This document shows positions 27,247-35,651 of a stretch of 64,000 nucleotides of DNA, one piece after another. This DNA comes from Limisphaerales bacterium (GTDB lineage: Bacteria > Verrucomicrobiota > Verrucomicrobiia > Limisphaerales > SXTU01). Below the pieces are notes generated by a model. That model was not told the DNA's origin. It searched no databases and saw only the letters and a list, made by a program, of their open reading frames with translations. Numbering within the stretch: position 1 is the stretch's first letter; each line of letters starts with the position of its first letter. The translations under genes and the position numbers were made by a program. The DNA lies in contig WRPG01000002.1 in NCBI GenBank assembly GCA_009773355.1, positions 64,391-128,390 on the forward strand. The letters are read 5' to 3'.

Positions 27247-27297
27247 AATCACAGGGTTCTTTTCACATCATTACCACCCACAAAAAGGAGATTCAGT

Positions 27298-27627
27298 ATG
27301 GATGTTCATTGTTCAACCTGCGGGGAACCGTGGGACACATATCACCTCTGGCATGAGGCCGTGTTTGAAACGGGCTTGAGCCACGAGGAAGCCACGGCGT
27401 GGCGTTCACTGCCCCGCGCCGAGAAGCTCACCGAGCGTTACCGGCAGGAGTTCCGCGCCACTGGTTGGGAATTCGGCCAAGGCGTCATCAATGTCATTCG
27501 TTGCCCGGGCTGTCCCAAGGACGCACAACCCAACGTGGCTCGCGTTCACACCAAAGCCGCCTTGGAAGAACTCTTGGGTGACGACGAGGACGGACTGGCC
27601 GCCACCTTCGAGGACTACCGGTTATGA
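27298..27627 (+). CDS. hypothetical Zn-ribbon-like protein
   Basis: CSTCGEPW ... CPGCPKD Cys pairs. AAGGAG RBS 8 nt upstream. ATGA overlap with the next gene. Confidence 0.55.
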   Translation: MDVHCSTCGEPWDTYHLWHEAVFETGLSHEEATAWRSLPRAEKLTERYRQEFRATGWEFGQGVINVIRCPGCPKDAQPNVARVHTKAALEELLGDDEDGLAATFEDYRL

Positions 27628-28367
27628 TCCCCAAGAAACCGCCGCCCGGCGATTTCCGAAAAATCCTTGGACGCCTTTCCCATCGGCACAGCACCCGGCA
27701 AGTCTTCGACGCCTTCCTTTGCTTCGCAGCCTGTGCGCTCGCCGCCCAGACCCGCGAGGCGGAATACGTCGAAGAAGCCAAGCGCTGGGAAAAGCCGGAC
27801 TTGGAATTGTTCGCGGAAGCGTTCGCCGCGCTCGTCAGCGAAATGGAGTCCCGGCCCTTTGAAGACCTCATCGGCGGATACTACCTGGAGTTCGCCCTGT
27901 CCCAAAAGGGGCAGCAGTGGAACGGCGAGTTCCATACTCCCAAACCCATCTGCGACCTCATGGCCCGGATGACACTGGGCGATCTGGAATCATTGCCGGC
28001 GGAAGGCCCGATCACCGTTTGTGAACCGGCCTGTGGCGCGGGTGCGATGATTCTGTCGCTGGCCGAAGTCTGCCCGCCCGAGGTCCGCCGCCGTCTGCGC
28101 GTGACCGCCGTGGACATCAACCGCACCGCCTGCAACATGGCGTTCATCAACACGACCCTCTGGGGCATCCCCACGCGAGTCATCCACGGCAACTCGTTGT
28201 CCCTGGAATGTTGGGCCGCCTGGTCGAACATCCATTACCTCGCGCCGTGGTTGCCGCTGACGCTTCGCATCCAAACGCCCGAGGCGTTAGAACAAGGCCA
28301 GCCGCCGCAACCGGCTGAAATGGAGCGCATCAAGGCTTCCCTCGTTCAGCAGGAGCTGGTGTTTTGA
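27624..28367 (+). CDS. N6-adenine-methyltransferase-like SAM-binding protein lacking the catalytic (N/D)PP(Y/F) motif
   Basis: GEFHTPKPICDLMARM (motif X), VCEPACGAGAMIL (motif I), TAVDIN, IHGNSL. No NPPY/DPPY-type tetrapeptide anywhere and no target-recognition region. 247 aa. Confidence 0.65.
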   Translation: MIPKKPPPGDFRKILGRLSHRHSTRQVFDAFLCFAACALAAQTREAEYVEEAKRWEKPDLELFAEAFAALVSEMESRPFEDLIGGYYLEFALSQKGQQWNGEFHTPKPICDLMARMTLGDLESLPAEGPITVCEPACGAGAMILSLAEVCPPEVRRRLRVTAVDINRTACNMAFINTTLWGIPTRVIHGNSLSLECWAAWSNIHYLAPWLPLTLRIQTPEALEQGQPPQPAEMERIKASLVQQELVF

Positions 28368-28374
28368 TTCATCA

Positions 28375-28403
28375 CCCCTTTCGTTTTAACGGAAGGGGTT
28401 TTT
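28375..28403 (+). terminator. hairpin plus T-tract
   Basis: CCCCTTTCG-ttttaa-CGGAAGGGG followed by TTTTT. Confidence 0.6.
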
Positions 28404-28411
28404 CTATGCCT

Positions 28412-28474
28412 GCCGCCTCCGGCAAAGCTGCCCGTCTTCATCGAAACGGCGCGGGGACATACGATTCAGGGTGG
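28412..28474 (+). promoter_or_regulatory. copy 3 of the 63-nt repeated element
   Basis: Same 63-nt sequence as copy 2. 38 nt upstream of the ATG at 28513. Confidence 0.6.
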
Positions 28475-28512
28475 TTAGTTCTTCCACAAATCAACCACCA
28501 CAGGAGCATCAC

Positions 28513-29829
28513 ATGAAAAATCAGACATCGTATGATCGTATCACCGACCGTATCACCGCCTTGCTTACGCAAGGCACCGTTCCCTGGCACAAGCCGTGGA
28601 AAGCAAAGACCGGGCTGCCTCGGAACTTCGTCAGTCAAAAACCGTATCGCGGCATCAACGTCTTCTTGTTGATTGCCATGAGCTATGAATCACCGTTCTG
28701 GCTCACGTTCCGCCAGGCAGCACAGCTTGGCGCCTGCGTCCGCAAGGGCGAGAAGGCGTGCCCCGTCGTGTTCTGGAAACAGTGGCAGATTGAAGACAAG
28801 GACTCCGGCGAGCAGAAGAAGATTCCGCTGCTTCGCTTTCACCACGTCTTCAACGTCACCCAATGCGACGGGCTGAACATCGGCACCGAGCCGGTGCCAG
28901 CATCTGTCAATGGGATCTCCAAGCCAGAAGATATTGTGGCGCAGATGCCCCAGCCACCCGTCGTGAAGCACGGCATGTCCCGCGCCTATTATTCCCCTCA
29001 CGAAGATTGCGTGGGCTTGCCGACACGGGAACGGTTCGACACCCCGGAAGGCTACTACGCCACCTTGTTCCATGAGCTGGTCCATTCCACCGGCCACGAG
29101 AAGCGGTTGAAACGAGCCGCCCTCACGGAGTCCGCCGGCTTCGGTTCCAATCCCTACTGCAAAGAGGAATTGATTGCCGAAATGGGCGCGGCGTTTCTGT
29201 GCGGGCATGCTGAAATATCGGAGCGGGTGATTGACAACTCGGCGGCGTATCTCAACGGCTGGCTGGAGCAGTTGCAGAACGACAAAACTCTGATTGTGCA
29301 GGCGGCCGCACAGGCGCAGAAGGCCTGTGACTTCATCCTCGATGTCCGGCCCGAAGACGAAGGGCCGGCACCACAGCAGCCGAAGGAGTTCAAAGTCGTC
29401 GCGCTGCGGGAGTGCCCGACGCCTGAAGAAATGCAACTCTGCGACACGCCCCAGAGCGCCGCCGACTACTGGCGGGCGCACATCACCACGCACCCGTATT
29501 TCAACCCGGAGTGCGAATGCTTCGTGGTGTTGCACTTGAACACGAGGCGGCGCATCCGAGGCCACAACCTGGTTTCGACCGGCACGATGGACACGATTCT
29601 TGTCCATGCACGCGAGGTGTTCCGCACCGCCATCGCGAGCGGTGCGAGCGCCATTGTGCTCATGCACAACCATCCCAGCGGGGAGCCGGCACCGAGCGAA
29701 GCGGACATCAAAGTGACGCGCGACCTCATCCGGGCCGGGCAACTCCTAAAAATGGAGGTGCTGGACCACATTGTGGTCGGGAACCCAACGCATGCTAGTC
29801 TGCGGGAACTGGGATACTTCTTTCAGTGA
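28513..29829 (+). CDS. ArdC-like antirestriction protein (ssDNA-binding N-domain plus HExxH metalloprotease) fused to a RadC-like JAB/JAMM domain
   Basis: ArdC-N: GTVPWHKPW..PYRGINVFLL..PFWLTFRQAAQLGACVRKGEKA. Protease: TLFHELVHSTGHEKRL. RadC/JAMM: ASAIVLMHNHPSGEPAPSEADIKVTRDL. The track start at 28471 lies inside the repeat element. Confidence 0.8.
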   Translation: MKNQTSYDRITDRITALLTQGTVPWHKPWKAKTGLPRNFVSQKPYRGINVFLLIAMSYESPFWLTFRQAAQLGACVRKGEKACPVVFWKQWQIEDKDSGEQKKIPLLRFHHVFNVTQCDGLNIGTEPVPASVNGISKPEDIVAQMPQPPVVKHGMSRAYYSPHEDCVGLPTRERFDTPEGYYATLFHELVHSTGHEKRLKRAALTESAGFGSNPYCKEELIAEMGAAFLCGHAEISERVIDNSAAYLNGWLEQLQNDKTLIVQAAAQAQKACDFILDVRPEDEGPAPQQPKEFKVVALRECPTPEEMQLCDTPQSAADYWRAHITTHPYFNPECECFVVLHLNTRRRIRGHNLVSTGTMDTILVHAREVFRTAIASGASAIVLMHNHPSGEPAPSEADIKVTRDLIRAGQLLKMEVLDHIVVGNPTHASLRELGYFFQ

Positions 29830-29833
29830 CCAC

Positions 29834-29862
29834 ACGCCCGACCTCATCCGTCGGGCGTTTTC
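29834..29862 (+). terminator. rho-independent terminator
   Basis: ACGCCCGAC-ctcatcc-GTCGGGCGT followed by TTTT. Confidence 0.7.
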
Positions 29863-30042
29863 CTTGGCTACGGTTCCGATTCTTCTGCTTTCAAGTATTC
29901 AAAAATGGCGCTTGACCGAAGTGCCAGCACGGATACGCTCTCAACTGGACTGGTGCCAATACAAGCACCCAACTTTCAGGCCGTGCGTCGTGAATTCCCC
30001 GACGATGCATGTGAAGGCGGAGGGGAAAATACGTTCTAGCGT

Positions 30043-33000
30043 GTGATGAAAGTGCCCAGTCCAACTTTTCAAGCTAAAGGTTCTCCCTCCTTTGGATTTT
30101 TGTTTCCACTTAATCCACAAGGTGATCCGGCCACTGTTGGCGAAACAGAAAGGACCGGAACAGGAGAAAAAACCTGCCGCCCGAGGAGGATTATTGATTG
30201 GAAGCATCTCCTCTTTCCATTCCTGTTTTTTGTCCTAATTGCGATTCAAGCAGCTCCCGGTGCATTTACAGTGATTTCACCGGGCAGCACTCCTGCTCCT
30301 GGGGCAATCCTTTCCTCGCGAGCTCCCACATTTCGTTGGAACGCCTCGGCCGGGGCCGCAAGTTATGAATTTTATGTCCGAGATGTGACTGACAGCCCTA
30401 CCGGTCAACTTTTCACCTATCCAGTTAGCGGCACTAACACAGTGTTTCAGCCATATCCGGGTCGGTCGTATAAATGGAACGTTGGCGCTTATAGCGGCCC
30501 CAATCAGACGGGGACCTTCACACAGGCCGCCAATTCGTTTTGGTTTATATCGGCCCAATGTGACCTCTTAGTTACCGGCTCGGTTTCTTTGAGTCCAAAC
30601 CCTGTTACTGCCGGAAACACAGTGACTGTCGGTTACACTGTTAAAAACAATGGTAATGGAGATTCCGTCTCCTCTTCAAACCGCATCCAGATCAAAACCG
30701 GGTCCAGCACGACTACTCTAGTTGAAGGGTATTTTTATTTGCCCGCGATTCTGGCAGGCGCTTCCACCAACCTTTCAGCTCAGTTGTCGATTCCAAGCGG
30801 CACCTCATCAGGCACGTATTCGGTCCACACAATTCTGGATTCGCTTGATTACAATGTTCAAAGCAACACTAACAACGACATTCATTCAGAATACGACATT
30901 CTGACCATCAGCGCAGCCCAACCGCAAAGTTTCTTCCTAACATTAGTAACCAATCCGGTGATTGGTGGCTCAATTACTGCCAGCCCTGCGCCAGGAGGCA
31001 ATGGTAAATACTCGGCCAGCACGCTTGTGAATCTAACGGTTGCCCCTGGGGCAGGATATGCTTTCACTGGTTGGCAATTCAATGCCGGTTCAGGTTCGAC
31101 AGTTTCCAGCGTGCCGAACATGACGGCAACCGTCGGTATGGATAGCGACAGGACCGTCACAGCAGTTTTTTCTCAAACCGATGCTTCGGCTCCGGCGTTA
31201 ACAATCGCAAACCCGAGTGATGGGCAAACTTTTGTAAACAGTAGTATCACTGTTTCTGGCACTTCTACCGACAACAATCTTGGAAATAATGGTGTATCTT
31301 CCGTGACAATAAATGGTGTCCGGGCGAGCGGCGACACAGCCAATGGGTCAGGCACCGCTACGTGGACTGGAAGTGTTACACTAAGTCAAGCAACCACCAC
31401 CATTACAGTAGTTGCTCGTGACAATACTGTGAGTCAAAATGCAGTAACCAAAGTCATCACGGTTAATTATCAGCCAACACCTCCACCCGCTCCCACGGCC
31501 AGTTTTTCCGCTTCCGACCTCCAACCCGTGACGGGCAAGGAGGTCATTTTTGATGCGTCCGGTTCTTCTGGCAGCACGAGTTTGATGTTTGCTTGGAGTT
31601 CCGATGACGGCCAGACAGTCCCTTACAACGCCTCCAGCGCCGCCCGTCTTTCGTTCGGCTCCACGGGCACCCGCACTGTCACCCTCCAGGTGAAAGACAG
31701 TTACGATCAGGTTACCTCCACTTCACGGCAAATCACCGTTCAATCCCGCAACATTGGTGGCTCAGGGGGAAGCGGACAAGCATTCACCCCAGACCCGGTT
31801 AACATCGCCACCGGCAACTACATTTACGAGCACACTGATCTCCGCCTGCCAGGCATCGGCTTCCCATTTGAATTCAAGCGGTTCTACAACAGCAAGTTTG
31901 CCAACCAAACGGGCCGCCCAATCGGATTCGGCTGGACCCATTCCTACAACATTTCGCTGATCAGCACGACCACCAACGCGCTCATCACATTCGGGGACGG
32001 TCACGTTGAGACCCACATCCTTCAACCCGACAGCAGTTACCTCCCGGAGGCTGGCGTTTACGACCGCCTTCAGAAGATTGGCGATGGAACTTGGACGCTT
32101 ATCAACAAGGCGCAGATCCAGCAGAACTTCAACGCGCAGGGCCGGCTGGATTCCATTGTGGACAAGAACGGCAATCGGCTCGGACTGATCTACACCACCA
32201 ACCAGTTGACCTCCATCACGAACACAGCAGGACGCAGCGTCACGTTCACCATCGATCCCAACAACGGGTGCATCAGCTCCCTTTTGGACTCCATCGGGCG
32301 CACCATCCGATACGAGTATGACACGCAGACTAATCTCGTTCGAGCCGTGGACGCCAACAACCGCACGAACACGTTTGACTACGACAGCCTTCACCAGCTC
32401 ACCGACGCCTACGATGCCAAAGGCACGCGCTACGTGCGCAACGTCTATGACGCGGCCACGAAAGTTGTGGTCTCACAACTCGATGCCTACGACAAGCCCA
32501 CCTACTTGCGGTATGATTTCACCAACCGGGTGACGTGGGTCACGAACGCCCTTTCCAAAGTCGCGGTCCACACCTTCGACGACCGATTGCTAGTCACGAA
32601 CATCGTGGACGAAGCTGGCCACACAAATTCCTTCAACTACGACACGAACCGCAACCTCATCTGGTCCAGGGACAAGAACAGGAACATCACCACGTATGGC
32701 TACGACCAGCGGGGAAACGTCACGAACAAGACCGATGCCTACAGCAGCATCACGACCATCGAATACGATGCAAAGAACAACCCCACGCGCCGGGTGGACG
32801 CGCTCACCAACATCACGGCATTCGTTTACGATGGCATCGGCAATTTGACGGCCACCACTAACGCCGAGGGACACAGCAATCTCATTGCTTATGATCCACG
32901 CGGACTACCGTGGATTCTCACCGACGCGCGAGGCAACCGCACAACGAATGTTTTCGACACGCAGGCAAACCTCGTGGCCGTTGTGAATGCAAAAGGATTC

Positions 33001-35649
33001 ACCAACCGCTTCGAGTATGACGGTGTCGGACGCAAAGTTCGGCAAATTGATCCGAACAACCGCACCAACACTGTCACCTACGACAACAACGACAACGTCG
33101 TTCTAACCGTCAATGCGCTTGGGTTCACCAACACTTTCACCTACGACGCGAACAACAATCGCACTTCGACCCGTGACCCTCGGAACGCGATCACGACGAA
33201 CATTTTTGACCTCAAAGACCGCCCCACCTTCGTCACCAACGCTCTCAACTTTAGCACCGCGAGCGAATACGACCCGCTCGACCGCGTGATTGCGACCACT
33301 GACCCGCGCACCAATCGCACGAGTTCCGCTTTTGACGACATCGGCAACCGTGTCGCCATCACCAATGCTCTCGGTGAAATCACGCGCTTCACGTTCGATC
33401 CGAATGGGAATCAGACCAGCATCATTGAGCCGGGTGAACGCCTCACCACAAACACTTTCGACGCCCTCAACCAGATCGTCCTCTCCATCAATGCCGCGAC
33501 TAACGTCACTAGCACAGCTTACGACCCACTGAGCCGCGTGATCGCGACGACGAACGGCATCGGCCAGGTCACGCTGTATCGGTATGACCGCATCGGCAGG
33601 CTCACCAATGTCGTAGCCGCCGTCACCAACTCGATTTCCTTTGCTTACGACGAAAATGGCAACCGCATTCGTTTCACCGACTCGAGAGGCAACACTTGGA
33701 CAAACGAGTTCAACGAACTAAATCAGCCCACTGCTCAGAGCGACCCCAAGGGAAACACGTTTAGGTTCTTCTACGACCCGGCGGGCAACCTCACCAATAC
33801 ATTGACACCGAACGGCACGAACATCAGTCGGGGCTATGATGCGGGCAATCAGTTGACCAACATCACGTATCCGACGGGTCCGCCCGTCACCTTCCGCTAC
33901 GACGAGGTGGGCAACCGGACGAACATGACCGACAGCGTGGGAACCACCACCTGGCGGTATGACCTGCTCAACCGCCTCGTGAGCGTCACAGACCCTTACG
34001 GCCAGACCGTGACGAACGGCTTTGACGCAGCGGGCAATCGCGTCGTGCTCGGGTATCCCGGTGACCTCATTACAGTTCGCTACAGCTACGACCAGTTGAA
34101 CCGCATGACAGCGCTTACCAACTGGCTAGGTGGCATCATCACCTACGGCTACAATGATAGGGGAAGCCTCATCAACACCACGAATGCCAACGGCACAAGC
34201 GCTATGTTTGCCTACGAAGCCGCCAACCGTATCGTGGGGCTGACCAATCTTCGCTCCGATACTTCTGTCATTGCGAGCTACGCGCTCAGCCTCGACGGCA
34301 TTGGCAACCATGTCCAGACGCCGCAGACACAGCCGCTGTATCCCATCCTTCCCAACCAGACCAATGCCCATGCCTACGATCTCGACAACCGACTGAGCAT
34401 CGTGGACGGCAAGGCAGTCACACACGACTACAACGGCAATCTCACCGGCATCGGCAGCGAGACGTTCAGCTACGATTTCGAGAACCGGCTTGTTCAGTTC
34501 ACGCTGACCAACTTCTCCGGTTCTTGCACGTATGACGGTGGCGGAACCCGTCTTTCGACCACGGCCAATGGCCTGTCACGCCGCTACGTTCTCGACCGAC
34601 TCGGCTCGCTTTCACAGGTGCTCGTGGAGACGGATACCAACGGGGTCGTCCTTGCCCACTACGTGTTCGGCTTGGGCCTTGCCCAGCGTATCACGCCGGA
34701 CGGGACCGTTAGCACCTACCACTTTGACATTCGGGGGAGCACGGTGGCGATGACAGACGCGGCAGCCAACCTCACGGATGGCTACGCCTACGACTCCTTC
34801 GGCGTGCTGGCGAATCGGGATGGGGATTCCCCACAGCCCTTCCGTTATTTAGGCAGGTATGGTATTCTGGACGACGGAAGCGGTCTTTACTTCGCCCGCG
34901 CCCGCCATTTCAGCCCGCAGTTGGGTCGCTTTCTAACCAAAGACCCGGTGACGGGAAAGGACAGCGACAGTCAGAGTCTGAATCGTTATGTGTATGCGCT
35001 GAATAGTCCGCTTAGACTCAACGATGCTTCTGGACTGTCTCCAGCCGAAGGTTCGTTTGTCAGTAACTACGGGTCCACAGACGCAAACCATGCTTACTTG
35101 CTGAGTGACAGGGAAAGACTTCTCCGATTGGCGCGACTTCAGGCTCAAGTTGCTCAGCAAAACTACATTTACGCTTTAGAGGAGGAGGATGCTTATTATC
35201 AAGCGGCGATAAACTTCTTTGGAGCGCTGAGTAAAATTGGGGAAGTGGCGGGTTACGCCGCCAATATATTGACCTTAGGAGAAAGTGCACTTGCCCAGAA
35301 AGCACTACAGACAGCCGCGTCGCGGATTGGTGCAACAGGAAAGATCGGCGAAACTGCACTCAGATCTCTTGGAGGTAAGCCACAAGTATATTTTAAGACC
35401 ACGCAAGGAGGCAGATACGTTGACCAGTTTGTTAACGGCATCGCAAACGAATCGAAGGTTGGTTACCAATCGCTGACCTCGACCATCAGCCGCCAGATTG
35501 CGAAGGACGTGGAATTAATCAATTCCGGTCAAATCCAAGGAGCAGCCTGGCATTTTTTCCAAAGTCCTGTAACGGGCGCAGGAGGTCCGTCTAGACCGTT
35601 GTTCAATATGCTGCAACATAGCGGGATTGACGTATTCATTCATCCCTGA
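30043..35649 (+). CDS. RHS/YD-repeat polymorphic toxin with N-terminal Ig/CARDB/PKD-like domains and a PD-(D/E)xK-like C-terminal toxin domain
   Basis: TM/signal anchor LLFPFLFFVLIAIQAAPG. PKD-like VIFDASGSSG..TVTLQVKD. RHS shell start DPVNIATGNYIYEHTDLRLPG. More than 40 YD repeats. Core end PFRYLGRYGILDDGSGLYFARARHFSPQLGRFLTKDP..NRYVYALNSPLRLNDASGL. 203-aa C-terminal domain with RYVDQF..ANESK. Confidence 0.9.
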   Translation: MMKVPSPTFQAKGSPSFGFLFPLNPQGDPATVGETERTGTGEKTCRPRRIIDWKHLLFPFLFFVLIAIQAAPGAFTVISPGSTPAPGAILSSRAPTFRWNASAGAASYEFYVRDVTDSPTGQLFTYPVSGTNTVFQPYPGRSYKWNVGAYSGPNQTGTFTQAANSFWFISAQCDLLVTGSVSLSPNPVTAGNTVTVGYTVKNNGNGDSVSSSNRIQIKTGSSTTTLVEGYFYLPAILAGASTNLSAQLSIPSGTSSGTYSVHTILDSLDYNVQSNTNNDIHSEYDILTISAAQPQSFFLTLVTNPVIGGSITASPAPGGNGKYSASTLVNLTVAPGAGYAFTGWQFNAGSGSTVSSVPNMTATVGMDSDRTVTAVFSQTDASAPALTIANPSDGQTFVNSSITVSGTSTDNNLGNNGVSSVTINGVRASGDTANGSGTATWTGSVTLSQATTTITVVARDNTVSQNAVTKVITVNYQPTPPPAPTASFSASDLQPVTGKEVIFDASGSSGSTSLMFAWSSDDGQTVPYNASSAARLSFGSTGTRTVTLQVKDSYDQVTSTSRQITVQSRNIGGSGGSGQAFTPDPVNIATGNYIYEHTDLRLPGIGFPFEFKRFYNSKFANQTGRPIGFGWTHSYNISLISTTTNALITFGDGHVETHILQPDSSYLPEAGVYDRLQKIGDGTWTLINKAQIQQNFNAQGRLDSIVDKNGNRLGLIYTTNQLTSITNTAGRSVTFTIDPNNGCISSLLDSIGRTIRYEYDTQTNLVRAVDANNRTNTFDYDSLHQLTDAYDAKGTRYVRNVYDAATKVVVSQLDAYDKPTYLRYDFTNRVTWVTNALSKVAVHTFDDRLLVTNIVDEAGHTNSFNYDTNRNLIWSRDKNRNITTYGYDQRGNVTNKTDAYSSITTIEYDAKNNPTRRVDALTNITAFVYDGIGNLTATTNAEGHSNLIAYDPRGLPWILTDARGNRTTNVFDTQANLVAVVNAKGFTNRFEYDGVGRKVRQIDPNNRTNTVTYDNNDNVVLTVNALGFTNTFTYDANNNRTSTRDPRNAITTNIFDLKDRPTFVTNALNFSTASEYDPLDRVIATTDPRTNRTSSAFDDIGNRVAITNALGEITRFTFDPNGNQTSIIEPGERLTTNTFDALNQIVLSINAATNVTSTAYDPLSRVIATTNGIGQVTLYRYDRIGRLTNVVAAVTNSISFAYDENGNRIRFTDSRGNTWTNEFNELNQPTAQSDPKGNTFRFFYDPAGNLTNTLTPNGTNISRGYDAGNQLTNITYPTGPPVTFRYDEVGNRTNMTDSVGTTTWRYDLLNRLVSVTDPYGQTVTNGFDAAGNRVVLGYPGDLITVRYSYDQLNRMTALTNWLGGIITYGYNDRGSLINTTNANGTSAMFAYEAANRIVGLTNLRSDTSVIASYALSLDGIGNHVQTPQTQPLYPILPNQTNAHAYDLDNRLSIVDGKAVTHDYNGNLTGIGSETFSYDFENRLVQFTLTNFSGSCTYDGGGTRLSTTANGLSRRYVLDRLGSLSQVLVETDTNGVVLAHYVFGLGLAQRITPDGTVSTYHFDIRGSTVAMTDAAANLTDGYAYDSFGVLANRDGDSPQPFRYLGRYGILDDGSGLYFARARHFSPQLGRFLTKDPVTGKDSDSQSLNRYVYALNSPLRLNDASGLSPAEGSFVSNYGSTDANHAYLLSDRERLLRLARLQAQVAQQNYIYALEEEDAYYQAAINFFGALSKIGEVAGYAANILTLGESALAQKALQTAASRIGATGKIGETALRSLGGKPQVYFKTTQGGRYVDQFVNGIANESKVGYQSLTSTISRQIAKDVELINSGQIQGAAWHFFQSPVTGAGGPSRPLFNMLQHSGIDVFIHP

Positions 35650-35651
35650 CA

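Noticed and set aside
25967-28474. Could the three identical 63-nt repeats be a CRISPR array?
   Set aside because: The repeats are separated by complete protein-coding genes of about 1.15-1.2 kb rather than 25-50 nt spacers. There are only three copies. No cas genes are present.
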